DNA of 64,000 bases, taken from the IMG/VR virus record IMGVR_UViG_3300042446_001168; one strand, 5' to 3'. Both the position numbers and the translations under genes were made by a program. The DNA comes from a virus. Numbering within the stretch: position 1 is the stretch's first letter; every line of letters begins with the position of its first letter. The notes under the pieces are model-generated. The model was not told the DNA's origin. It did not search any database and saw only the letters and a list, made by a program, of their open reading frames with translations. Shown here piece after piece: positions 34,752 through 44,662 of this stretch.

Positions 34752-35356
34752 TGAAAAGCTTTTCTAGTTTCCTCGTAGAGGGAAAAGGCAAAACAGAGGT
34801 TCTTCTTTTTGGAAGAATGAACCCAATTACTAGTGGCCACGAAGAGAATGTTAATGCAGCTCACGATCTTGCTACAAAGCACAATGGTAGCTTGCGAGTT
34901 GTTGGAAGCCACTCTCACGACCCAGAAAAGAATCCATTATCACCAGAAGATAAGCTGAAGCACATGAAGCGTGCATTTGGTCATCTTGATAACACTACCA
35001 TCACAACCAGCTCCAAACAAAAGCCAACCATTATGCATCACGCTGCTGAGGCATACAAGAGTGGTGTTAAGAATTTAATCATTGCCGGTGGAAGTGATAG
35101 AGCTGATGAATATAAAGAAAAACTGACCAAGTATAATGGTGTCACAGGAAAGCCTCACGGTGAGTTTCATTTTGACTCTATTAGTGTTGCTAATACTGGG
35201 GAACGAAAAGCTGGTGTGAGTGGTACTGATATGAGAAAGCACGCTGCTGCTGGTAATTATAATCAGTTTAAGTCTGGCCTACCGTCTAAACTAAAGTCTA
35301 ATGCTATTCACGCAAAAGAGATGTATAATGATGTTCGTAAAGGGATGAATGTATGA
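34751..35356 (+). CDS. HxGH-type nucleotidyltransferase (NadM/NMNAT-like)
   Basis: GRMNPITSGH, GS...NPLS, GSDR, SGTDMR; N-terminus MKSFSSFLVE. Confidence 0.75.
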   Translation: MKSFSSFLVEGKGKTEVLLFGRMNPITSGHEENVNAAHDLATKHNGSLRVVGSHSHDPEKNPLSPEDKLKHMKRAFGHLDNTTITTSSKQKPTIMHHAAEAYKSGVKNLIIAGGSDRADEYKEKLTKYNGVTGKPHGEFHFDSISVANTGERKAGVSGTDMRKHAAAGNYNQFKSGLPSKLKSNAIHAKEMYNDVRKGMNV

Positions 35357-36009
35357 AATTATTTGATGCTAAGGTGAGAGTCCGGGAACAGGAAGTCGAT
35401 GGTATTACCAACTGGATGTGGCCAACAAGTGATAGTGGTGCATGGGATGGTCCCAGTGCTGAGTGGGAGAGAACTCACAGGGATGCGTACTTGAAGTACT
35501 GCAAAAAATTTGATGTTGTAGTTCAAGCTGGTGGCAACTGTGGATTGTATCCCATGTTGTTTTCAAAATTCTTCGGTAGAGTGTATACTTTTGAACCCGA
35601 TGCCCTGAACTTCCATTGCCTTGTCAATAATTGCCAGTCCCCCAACATCTTTAAGTTCAATGCTGCCCTTGGAGATATAAATAAACTGCTCTTCCTGTTT
35701 AATGGCAATGTGCAGAATGTTGGATGTCATACGGTGGGAGATAATGGGGATAGGTACTCTGTCAAGCAAAACCACGTACCAACATTTACAGTTGACCAAT
35801 TGAATCTTGATCAATGCGACTTGATTCAGCTTGATTGTGAAGGGTATGAACCAAAGGTTATTCGCGGTGCAATCAACACGATAGAGAAATTTCGGCCCGT
35901 AATATCCATGGAAACTACTGATGCTAGCACGGAAGAGTTGCTCCATAAGATTGGATATATACACATGACCACTGTTGGTTCAGATAAAATATTCGCAGTT
36001 AAAGATTAA
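35353..36009 (+). CDS. FkbM-family SAM methyltransferase
   Basis: VQAGGNCG, TFEP, IQLDCEGYE. Confidence 0.85.
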   Translation: MKLFDAKVRVREQEVDGITNWMWPTSDSGAWDGPSAEWERTHRDAYLKYCKKFDVVVQAGGNCGLYPMLFSKFFGRVYTFEPDALNFHCLVNNCQSPNIFKFNAALGDINKLLFLFNGNVQNVGCHTVGDNGDRYSVKQNHVPTFTVDQLNLDQCDLIQLDCEGYEPKVIRGAINTIEKFRPVISMETTDASTEELLHKIGYIHMTTVGSDKIFAVKD

Positions 36010-36024
36010 CGGATAATAAGAAAA

Positions 36025-38961
36025 ATGGCCCTCTCAAGAATAAAATCAACTGGTATCGCTACAAGTAACCTCAACCTTACCGTAGCAGCAATAACAGCAA
36101 ATGGTACGTTGGGAACAAGTGGTCAAGTTTTAAAGTCGAATGGTTCTATAGTGTATTGGGATACAGATAGTGCTACCGCTATTGGATCAGATACCCAAGT
36201 AGAATTTAATGATAATGGAACACGTGCTGGTGCTAGTGGATTATTGTTCAATAAAACAACAAACAACGTAACTGTTAGTAACAACGTGATAGTTGGTACC
36301 TCAGTTAATGCAGCTAGTTACACTGTTGGATCTGCATTTATTGCTAATACCACAGCTATTGTTGGTACTGGGTTTGCTAATGTTGCTGGTAGTGTTAATA
36401 GTGCTCTACTAACAGTAGGATCTGCATTTATTGCAAATACCACAGCTATTGTTGGTACTGGGTATGCTAATATTACTGGTAGTGTCAATGCATCTAGCCA
36501 CACAGTAGGTGTTGCGTTCGTAGCTAATAGCACAGCAATAGAGAGCATAGGATATGCTAATATTGCAACTAGTGTTAATAGTGCGTTACTAACAGTCGGT
36601 ACTGCATTTATAGCCAACAGTAGTGCTATTGTTGGTACTGGGTATGCTAATGTTACTGGCAGTGTTAATGCAGCTAGTCATACAGTAGGATCTGCATTTA
36701 TAGCTAACAGTACTGGAGTATTTCATACTGGTATAGTTAATACTGCTACAGTTAACGCCAGTACCTTCAGTGTAGGTAGTGATCTTATAGCAAACTCAAC
36801 AGTGCTTTTGCACACCGGTACAATTAATGCAGCGTCCTTTACTACATCTGGAATCACCGCCAATACAACCGGAGTATATCCATCATCCAACACAACTGGT
36901 GTAACCTTAGGGACGAGTACCAAGCGCTGGAATCTCACAGCTAACTCTGGTAACTACAGTGCAAATATTGCAATGAATAGTAACTATATCACTGGCCTCA
37001 GTGATCCGGTTGCTGATCAGGATGCAGCCACAAAATATTATGTGGACACTGTGACTCAAGGTCTGCATGTGCACGCTGCGTGCCACGCAGCTACAACGAC
37101 TACTTTAGCTCTGGAAACGGGAGCTACTGTAACATATACCAATGGTACTTCAGGTGTAGGTGCTAAACTGACATTCACAGGTGGTACACTATCTACGCTA
37201 GATGGTTACACACTTCAAAACGGTGATAGGATATTAGTTAAGAATCAAGCTAATGCTGCTCACAATGGTATATACACGTGGGCTACGGGTGGAGCTGAGC
37301 TTACCCGAGCAACAGATTTTGATACTGGTATAGAAGTTGCTGGCGGTGACTTTACATTTGTTACGAATGGTACTCTGTATAATAGCTCCGGATGGGTGCA
37401 GACCGATGAAGTCACTACAATCGGAACTGATCCAATAGAATTTACTCAGTTCTCTGGCCAAGGTCTGTACACCGCTGGTAACTACTTGTATCTGGTTGGA
37501 TCGCAATTCAACGTCAATGCTGCCAGTGCAGCAACTGCATCAGTAGTAGTCGCCAGGGACTCGGATGGTAGTTTTAGTGCAAATACTATCACTGCTAATT
37601 TAACTGGTAGTTTTGTTAATGTTGCTACTAGTGTTAATTCTGCTCTGCTAACTGTTGGAACGGCATTCGTTGCTAACACTACCGCAATAGTAGGCACTGG
37701 GTATGCTAACATATCAACAAGTGTCAACTCTGCTCTACTAACTGTTGGAACAGCGTTCATTGCAAATAGTACTGCAATAGTAAGTACTGGCTACGCTAAT
37801 ATTGCAACCAGTGTCAATAGTGCGTTGTTAACTGTTGGATCTAATTTCATTGCAAACACATCAGCTATTGTAGGTACTGGTTACGCTAATATTACTGGTA
37901 GCATTAATGCTTCTAGCCATACAGTTGGATCTGATTTCATAGCTAACAGTTCAGCTGTAGTTGGTACTGGCTATCTGCAGGTAACAGGAAAAATTGAAGG
38001 GGGGTATATACAGGCCACTCAACCCAGTGGAAATGTATACTCGGGATCATCTGGTAAGTTTACTATTGGTACTAGCTCATCCCCATTTGTTGCTAACACA
38101 ACAGCACTTATGCATACTGGGTATGCTAATGTTACTGGTAGTGTTAATGCATCTAGTCATACAGTTGGTACTGCATTTATTGCTAACAGCACCGCAATAG
38201 AAACTACGGGATATGCTAACATTGCATATGGAGTCAATAGCTCAATACTGTCAGTTGGTACTGCATTCATTGCAAATAGTACTGCAATAGTAGGCACTGG
38301 CTACGCTAATGTTACTGGCAGCGTCAATAGCGCTATGCTAACAGTCGGTACTGCATTCAAAGCTAATAGTACTGCTCTGGTAGTGGCTACTCCACTTACT
38401 GCTAATGGACTCACTGGAACTTCGGGATATGTTCTTACATCTAACGGATCAATAGGATCTCCATACTGGGCAGCAGCTGCTGCTGGTAGTGTAGCTGGTG
38501 GCTCTGACACCCAGATTCAATTTAATGATGGTGGAACAACATTAGGTGGCGCTACTGGATTCACATTCACTAAGACTACAAACAATGTAACAATTGCCAA
38601 TACTCTTACGGTAGGCACATCGTTTATTGCCAATAGTTCAGCTATTATTGGTACTGGGTATGCTAATGTTACTGGTAGTGTCAACAGCGCCTTGATAACG
38701 GTAGGCACGGCATTTATTGCTAATACTACTGGAGCATATCACACCGGATTTGTGAATGCTGCATCACTATCTCTGGGATCCATTTTTGTAGCTAACGCTA
38801 CAAGCGTACTCATAAGTAAACCATTGACAGCTAATGCTGGTACTGGTACAAGCGGGCAGGTACTTACTTCAAACGGGACAGTTGGATCACCTTATTGGTC
38901 AACAGTTTCAGGTGGTGCAGCTTCTCCAACTCTAGATCCTTTCATGCTAATGGGAGCATAA
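36025..38961 (+). CDS. Repetitive structural protein (tail fibre/baseplate-associated)
   Basis: 30-aa repeats; DAATKYYVD and GDRILVKNQ...NGIY...RATD domain typical of phage fibres. Confidence 0.75.
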   Translation: MALSRIKSTGIATSNLNLTVAAITANGTLGTSGQVLKSNGSIVYWDTDSATAIGSDTQVEFNDNGTRAGASGLLFNKTTNNVTVSNNVIVGTSVNAASYTVGSAFIANTTAIVGTGFANVAGSVNSALLTVGSAFIANTTAIVGTGYANITGSVNASSHTVGVAFVANSTAIESIGYANIATSVNSALLTVGTAFIANSSAIVGTGYANVTGSVNAASHTVGSAFIANSTGVFHTGIVNTATVNASTFSVGSDLIANSTVLLHTGTINAASFTTSGITANTTGVYPSSNTTGVTLGTSTKRWNLTANSGNYSANIAMNSNYITGLSDPVADQDAATKYYVDTVTQGLHVHAACHAATTTTLALETGATVTYTNGTSGVGAKLTFTGGTLSTLDGYTLQNGDRILVKNQANAAHNGIYTWATGGAELTRATDFDTGIEVAGGDFTFVTNGTLYNSSGWVQTDEVTTIGTDPIEFTQFSGQGLYTAGNYLYLVGSQFNVNAASAATASVVVARDSDGSFSANTITANLTGSFVNVATSVNSALLTVGTAFVANTTAIVGTGYANISTSVNSALLTVGTAFIANSTAIVSTGYANIATSVNSALLTVGSNFIANTSAIVGTGYANITGSINASSHTVGSDFIANSSAVVGTGYLQVTGKIEGGYIQATQPSGNVYSGSSGKFTIGTSSSPFVANTTALMHTGYANVTGSVNASSHTVGTAFIANSTAIETTGYANIAYGVNSSILSVGTAFIANSTAIVGTGYANVTGSVNSAMLTVGTAFKANSTALVVATPLTANGLTGTSGYVLTSNGSIGSPYWAAAAAGSVAGGSDTQIQFNDGGTTLGGATGFTFTKTTNNVTIANTLTVGTSFIANSSAIIGTGYANVTGSVNSALITVGTAFIANTTGAYHTGFVNAASLSLGSIFVANATSVLISKPLTANAGTGTSGQVLTSNGTVGSPYWSTVSGGAASPTLDPFMLMGA
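36301..38760 (+). repeat. Intragenic 90-nt (30-aa) degenerate tandem repeats, about 13 copies in several blocks
   Basis: Consensus SVNSALLTVGTAFIANSTAIVGTGYANVTG; units start near 36301, 36391, 36481, 36571, 36661, 37630, 37720, 37810, 37900, 38140, 38230, 38320, 38677. Confidence 0.85.
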
Positions 38962-38965
38962 TACA

Positions 38966-39295
38966 ATGGCAATAACATATAAAGTACTCGCGCAGCTTAG
39001 TCCATCATCTGGTGGATTGGTTACTCTGTATACGGTACCATCTTCAACCAGCACAGTAGTATCTACTATCTCCATATGTAATCGAGCAGGCACTTCTGGA
39101 TCTTTTAGAGTAGCAGTTAGGCCTGCAGCCGAGGCAATTGATAACAAGCACTATATATCGTATGATGCTGCTATACCAGCTAACGATACATTGTTTCTAA
39201 CTATCGGTGTGACCTTAGCAACTACTGATGTAGTATCCGTTTACGCTAGTAGTTCGTCAATGAGTTTTAATTTATTTGGGTCGGAGATTACTTAA
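38966..39295 (+). CDS. Small virion structural protein
   Basis: YKVLAQ...LYTVP...VVSTISICN...FGSEIT, a common fibre-associated family. Confidence 0.7.
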   Translation: MAITYKVLAQLSPSSGGLVTLYTVPSSTSTVVSTISICNRAGTSGSFRVAVRPAAEAIDNKHYISYDAAIPANDTLFLTIGVTLATTDVVSVYASSSSMSFNLFGSEIT

Positions 39296-42200
39296 TGGCT
39301 ATAAGAAAAGCATCAACAACAACATCCATAAACAAAGGAATATCTGCAGCTATTGCTAGTACTGTAAATGATACTGTTCGTGCTGTTGGTGGATCTGGTC
39401 CAGTTATAACCAATGTGATTGTTACTGATAGCAGCTACAACAATACAGACGATACGGCACTCACAACTGCTGGGGGTTACCTTAAACTTATTGGTACTGG
39501 ATTTGCATCAGGATGTACAGTTTATGTTGGTGCTGCTGCAGCATCTTCTACTACTTTTGTTAGCTCAACAGAGGTACGTGTTGTGGTTGGAGCTAACTCC
39601 CTATCCACTCTGAATCTATATCTGGTAAACACGGATGGATCAGCATCATTTTACCTGAGTGGCCTGTTAATTAGTGGTGTTCCTTCATGGAGCACAGGAG
39701 CCACTCTTACGGGTGCTTATGAACAGGTGGCTTACTCTCAAACACTGACTGCAACCGGTGATGCTACTATATCATACTCCCTGAAAGCAGGATCGACTCT
39801 TCCGGATGGGGTGACACTGGACCCAGTTACGGGAATATTATCGGGAACTACTCCCGTTGTGGCTTCTGGAAGTACAACATACACATTTACAATTATTGCT
39901 AGTGACGGTCAAAACCAAGACACTGAGCGATTGTTTAGTTTAACAATTAACCACGATGTGGTGACGTGGTCTACGCCTGCTGCCGATACTAATTATGCAA
40001 TAACTACGGGCGACGCCATTGCTGCTGTGACGCTCAGTGCATCAAGTGCATCAGGCAAGTCAATTACATACACTGCTGATACATTGCCAACTGGATTAAC
40101 TCTTGCTTCCGGCTCAATCACAGGTGCCGCAACCGTAGCTGGTTCTACAGCAACAACATTAACAGCGACTGCAGCCGATACTAGTGCAACTGCTACTCGA
40201 TCAATAAGCTGGACTGTTAGTGTGGCACTCACCGGTGATCCGTATGCTGGCCTTGTTAGTTTATATTTAAATGGTGAAACTACAACCCCAACGTGGTTAG
40301 ATGACGCCAGTGATAATAATCTTATAGTAACTAACAGAAGTGATTTTAGAACAAACGCTGCAATAGTCCCAACCGGACGTACTCCTTATAACAAGACAAC
40401 ATACCCCACAGTTGGTAGTGCGTGGTTTGCTGGTGGCGCTCCCGACGGCCCTGGCGCATATGATACTTTAAGTGTTGAACTGCCAGCATTTAGTACTGTG
40501 TTTACTATTGAATTCTGGTTTTATGCCGACGAGACATCACCTGGTCTAACAGACACCAAGTATTTTATCTACAGTAACAACGGGTTTAATATAAGAATTG
40601 AAGGCGATAGACGTTTAGCTGCAGGTACATCTGGAGCTGCGTTCTACACTGCAACTGGTGTATTTTCTGCTCGTGCTTGGAATCACATTGCGGTTGTACG
40701 TACTGGTACCGGTGCCGGCGAATTCAAGATGTATTTGAATGGTACGCTAGTAACACTTTCATCTGGTGCGTTTACCGGTACTCATACATTGGGTAGTGCT
40801 GAAGCCAAGATTGGGGCGACAACAAACGGGTATCAGAACTTGTTCAGAGGTAATATCGCCGATTTTCGTTTAGTTAATGGCACTGCAGTCTACACTGGCA
40901 ATTTTGCAGCACCCACTGTCCCACTAACTGCAATTTCAGGTACAGCATTCCTAGCACTGCAATACAAACAAGGAACTACCAATTCAGGTTTTATAGATGA
41001 TAGCACCAATGGTTTTCCTATTATCCGGACCGGTAACGTTAGCCAGGGATCGTTTAGTCCGTATGGTCCTACTGGCTATAGCGCTTACTATGATGGCAGT
41101 GGTGATTATGCAACAACATCTGGATTTGGATTGCCAACTAATTTTACAGTAGAGTTTTGGACCTATTACACTATACAGCCAACTAGTGGATATCTTACGT
41201 CTGCGAGTAGCAGTGGTCCCATTATAGGAGTGGAGGCCTCTAAAACAATTTTGGGACAGAATGGAGGATGGTTACTGAATCCACCCAATGATTCTGCTGT
41301 GTATCCAAATGGTGTGGCTCCAATTAATCAGTGGAATCACTGGGCAGTGGTTAGAAGCTCTGGTACAACAGTCTTCTATCTAAATGGTATAGCGCTTGGT
41401 ACGGTTGGCAGTGCCACTGATTATTCTGCCTCGCAAACGTTTGGGATAGGATCAGCAAATGATGGTAGTCCAGTAAACGTCCCGTTCTATATGAGCAACT
41501 TTAGAATGTCAAGTGTCGCCAGATATAGTGGAACAAATACAACACTGGCCAACTTTTCATTACCTACTGCAGATTTTGCCAGTGATGCAGATACTCTCTT
41601 TTTGACACACCAGAGTAACAGATTCAAAGACTCTGGTCCAAACAATCGAACAGTTGTTGCGTATGGGGATACCAAGATAGTTGCATTCAGTCCGTTTACA
41701 CCATATACTGAATATAGTGCTGCTACTCATGGTGGCAGCATGTATTTTCCTGGTACTGGGGATTATTTAATAACTCCCCCTGGATCTGGTGGCAGTACTG
41801 CTCTAGATACCGGAGCTGGAACCTCTGACGTGACATTTGAATGCTGGGTCTATAACAAGGGACATGCTGGCAGCCAATATGGACGAGGTATTTTTACATT
41901 TTATCCTAATGGTCAGTATTCGAATAGTAGATTTATGTTTCGGATGAATAATGGCGGAGATCAGATAAATGTTTTTTTATATGTATCTGGAGCATTACCT
42001 ATTAATACTACATCAACCGCATTGGCTACACCAAACGCATGGACTCACCTTGCCTTTGTACGACAATCTGGTACTTTTAAACTTTACATAAACGGAGTTT
42101 TGGATTTTTCTTCAACTGGTATATCAGCCAGTCTTAATACTTTTGATAAATTTGAGATTGGTAGAAATCAAGATGGGAGTACACCAGAATTTAACGGATA

Positions 42201-43764
42201 TATTTCAGACTTCCGTTACGTTAAAGGCACAGCCGTTTACACAGCAAACTTCACTCCACCTACTGCACCACTAACTGCAATTTCAGGAACTCAACTATTG
42301 CTCAAAGGAACAGACGGGGGTATAATTGATAGATCTGGTAGGAATGTTATTGAAACGCTAGGATATACCACCGCAGAGCCAGGCCGCAGACAACCAGAAA
42401 TTCGTACTCAAGTAAAAAAGTATGGTAGCAGCAGTATATTTTTTGGTGGTGGCAGTGCCCTTGATGCCTTGGTCATGCCAACAAACCCTGCACTTGCGTT
42501 TGAGTCTGGAAATTTTACCGTTGAATTTTGGGTAAACTTTACTTCTATAGCAAACAGGCAGGATCTGGTATGGTGGGTTCCTGACAATGACAGTTTACGG
42601 GGTGGTATAAGTTGGCGCCTGTCTGGCGACGCACTAATATACTATGATGCTGCTGTGGGTGGAGCTATAAACACAGCTTGGTTACCAACAATCAATACCT
42701 GGTATCACATTGCATTATCAAGAAGTGGATCATCAACAAGACTGTTTATTGATGGAGTGGCTGGAACCACATACTCAACAATACTGCCGTATGCTGCCTC
42801 GTACAGACTCTATATTGGTAAAGATTCTGCCAGCGATAGTTATCCATTTACCGGATACATGGATGACTTTAGAATAACTAAAGGCGCGGCAAGATACACT
42901 ACCAACTTCACTCCACCAACAGCTTCCTTTAACGTAGTGGGATCAACTGTAAGAAGTATGCAATACCTTGTGGTTGGTGCTGGTGGTGGCGGTGGTCATT
43001 ATGGTGGTGGTGGCGGTGGTGGTGGTGTACAAGCTGACACCGTGTCAGCTGTGACTGGGGTAACATATACTGTGACAGTTGGCACAGGTGGAGCAGGTGG
43101 CCCTAGCGCCGGTGCAGCTGGATCTAATGGAAATGCATCCTCAATAACAGGTGGCGGATTTGGCATTCAAGGAGTTGGTGGTCAAGGGGGTGGCGGTATC
43201 AATGTAGCTCCTCCGGGCGGCAGTATTGCCATGACAGGTGGTAAAAGCGGTGCACCTCAAAGCTACGCAGGTGGAGCATCGGTTATTAATAGCCCGTCCG
43301 GAACGTATCGTAGTGGTGGTGGTGGCGGTGCAGGTGGTGTAGGTATAGCAGCATCAGCATCTGTAAAGCCCGATGGCGGAGCAGGATACGCATCTAGCAT
43401 TACTGGAACAAGTACACAATATGGTGGTGGTGGCGGTGGTGGTGCAACTGAGGCCAATAGTGGTACACAGTGGGGTCAAGGATCTCCATCGACTCTAAAC
43501 ATTGGTGGTGGCGGTGCTGGTGGTGGTAATGGTCATCCATCACCTGATCCATACGGTGCGTCCGGAGCTCCTGGTATTGAAAACCTTGGCGGTGGAGGCG
43601 GAGGAGGATTTGATGCTGCAGGTGGTGCTGGTGGTAAAGGTGTTGCAATTATTAAAATTGCTGATAGTATAACAGCTACTGTAACAGGATCTCCAGCATT
43701 AGTAACGTCTGGTGGATATAAGGTGTATACATTCAACAGCACCGGAACAATTATTCTAAGTTAA
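39295..43764 (+). CDS. Large tail fibre/adhesin with Ig-like, multiple LamG (ConA-like) and Gly-rich domains
   Basis: LPDGVTLD..TG Ig repeats; four FT.E.W...W.H.A.VR LamG-type motifs; Gly-rich C-terminus ending YTFNSTG. Confidence 0.8.
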   Translation: MAIRKASTTTSINKGISAAIASTVNDTVRAVGGSGPVITNVIVTDSSYNNTDDTALTTAGGYLKLIGTGFASGCTVYVGAAAASSTTFVSSTEVRVVVGANSLSTLNLYLVNTDGSASFYLSGLLISGVPSWSTGATLTGAYEQVAYSQTLTATGDATISYSLKAGSTLPDGVTLDPVTGILSGTTPVVASGSTTYTFTIIASDGQNQDTERLFSLTINHDVVTWSTPAADTNYAITTGDAIAAVTLSASSASGKSITYTADTLPTGLTLASGSITGAATVAGSTATTLTATAADTSATATRSISWTVSVALTGDPYAGLVSLYLNGETTTPTWLDDASDNNLIVTNRSDFRTNAAIVPTGRTPYNKTTYPTVGSAWFAGGAPDGPGAYDTLSVELPAFSTVFTIEFWFYADETSPGLTDTKYFIYSNNGFNIRIEGDRRLAAGTSGAAFYTATGVFSARAWNHIAVVRTGTGAGEFKMYLNGTLVTLSSGAFTGTHTLGSAEAKIGATTNGYQNLFRGNIADFRLVNGTAVYTGNFAAPTVPLTAISGTAFLALQYKQGTTNSGFIDDSTNGFPIIRTGNVSQGSFSPYGPTGYSAYYDGSGDYATTSGFGLPTNFTVEFWTYYTIQPTSGYLTSASSSGPIIGVEASKTILGQNGGWLLNPPNDSAVYPNGVAPINQWNHWAVVRSSGTTVFYLNGIALGTVGSATDYSASQTFGIGSANDGSPVNVPFYMSNFRMSSVARYSGTNTTLANFSLPTADFASDADTLFLTHQSNRFKDSGPNNRTVVAYGDTKIVAFSPFTPYTEYSAATHGGSMYFPGTGDYLITPPGSGGSTALDTGAGTSDVTFECWVYNKGHAGSQYGRGIFTFYPNGQYSNSRFMFRMNNGGDQINVFLYVSGALPINTTSTALATPNAWTHLAFVRQSGTFKLYINGVLDFSSTGISASLNTFDKFEIGRNQDGSTPEFNGYISDFRYVKGTAVYTANFTPPTAPLTAISGTQLLLKGTDGGIIDRSGRNVIETLGYTTAEPGRRQPEIRTQVKKYGSSSIFFGGGSALDALVMPTNPALAFESGNFTVEFWVNFTSIANRQDLVWWVPDNDSLRGGISWRLSGDALIYYDAAVGGAINTAWLPTINTWYHIALSRSGSSTRLFIDGVAGTTYSTILPYAASYRLYIGKDSASDSYPFTGYMDDFRITKGAARYTTNFTPPTASFNVVGSTVRSMQYLVVGAGGGGGHYGGGGGGGGVQADTVSAVTGVTYTVTVGTGGAGGPSAGAAGSNGNASSITGGGFGIQGVGGQGGGGINVAPPGGSIAMTGGKSGAPQSYAGGASVINSPSGTYRSGGGGGAGGVGIAASASVKPDGGAGYASSITGTSTQYGGGGGGGATEANSGTQWGQGSPSTLNIGGGGAGGGNGHPSPDPYGASGAPGIENLGGGGGGGFDAAGGAGGKGVAIIKIADSITATVTGSPALVTSGGYKVYTFNSTGTIILS

Positions 43765-43778
43765 TATAGGAAAATATA

Positions 43779-44603
43779 ATGAGTAATTTTGCCAAGGTAG
43801 AGAATGGAGTAGTGGTTCAGGTTATTGTGGTGGAGCAAGATGTTATTGATTCAGGGGTTCTCGGTGATACTGTTAGTAAAGTTATTGCTACTGATATTTT
43901 TACCAGTGATGGACCTAACAAACTTATTGCTACTGATACTTTTACTAGTAATGGTTCCATTACTGATTTCACGTTGAGTAATTCTATCCACAGTGATCTG
44001 ACAGTATCTGTCACTATCAATGGGGTAACTCAATCTGATTCAACGTATACCATAACAGGTAGTAATCTAACATTTAACGATGCACCAGCAGTGGATGCAG
44101 CAATTGAAGCAAATACCTACGCTTCCGGAAAACAGTTTGCATTGAGTGTGTTCATACGTGGTGATATGGATGTATCTGTGGTAGTTGGTGGGAGGAAACG
44201 AGCCAAATCAACATACACCCTAGCAGGTAGCTATTTAATATTTAACAATGCACCAGCAGCAGACGCAGTAGTTCAAGTAACTGTTTCCACAATTCCAGTA
44301 AATTGGGTGCAAACCAGCTTCAACACTCTTGGTGGTCAGCATAGGTCAGGTGGTACTCCGCTACGCAAGAACTTTGCTGGCATTGGGTACATTTACGATA
44401 CTGAGAGAGATGCATTTTATACACCAAAACCATATGCAAGTTGGGTGTTGGATGAAGAGACCTGCATATGGAATGCTCCAGTAGAAATGCCAGCAGATGC
44501 TGGAACTGGTGATCCTATTAAAATGTACAGGTGGCATGAGCAAGATACTTCTGATGAAACTGATCAAACTGTAACAGGATGGGTTCTAATACAATCAAAT
44601 TAA
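43779..44603 (+). CDS. Tail-associated protein with nested domain insertion
   Basis: FAKVENG...WVQTSFN...LRKNFAGIG...RDAF...W family, interrupted by about 140 aa. Confidence 0.7.
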   Translation: MSNFAKVENGVVVQVIVVEQDVIDSGVLGDTVSKVIATDIFTSDGPNKLIATDTFTSNGSITDFTLSNSIHSDLTVSVTINGVTQSDSTYTITGSNLTFNDAPAVDAAIEANTYASGKQFALSVFIRGDMDVSVVVGGRKRAKSTYTLAGSYLIFNNAPAADAVVQVTVSTIPVNWVQTSFNTLGGQHRSGGTPLRKNFAGIGYIYDTERDAFYTPKPYASWVLDEETCIWNAPVEMPADAGTGDPIKMYRWHEQDTSDETDQTVTGWVLIQSN

Positions 44604-44609
44604 TGTAAT

Positions 44610-44617
44610 TATAAATA
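44610..44617 (+). promoter_or_regulatory. T4-type late promoter
   Basis: TATAAATA in intergenic region. Confidence 0.75.
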
Positions 44618-44662
44618 CAATGTACCCAGCAGTATAGGCCTAGGTAAACCTGCGGAAAGAAT

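Noticed and set aside
36301-38760. Regular repeats resembling a CRISPR array or DGR template/variable repeats
   Set aside because: In-frame coding repeats with synonymous divergence, no unique spacers, no adenine-specific pattern, and no cas or reverse transcriptase gene in the window
44618-44660. Possible riboswitch-like leader (GGCCTAGGTAAACCTGCGG) after a late promoter
   Set aside because: Only short, weak stems; no recognisable aptamer consensus
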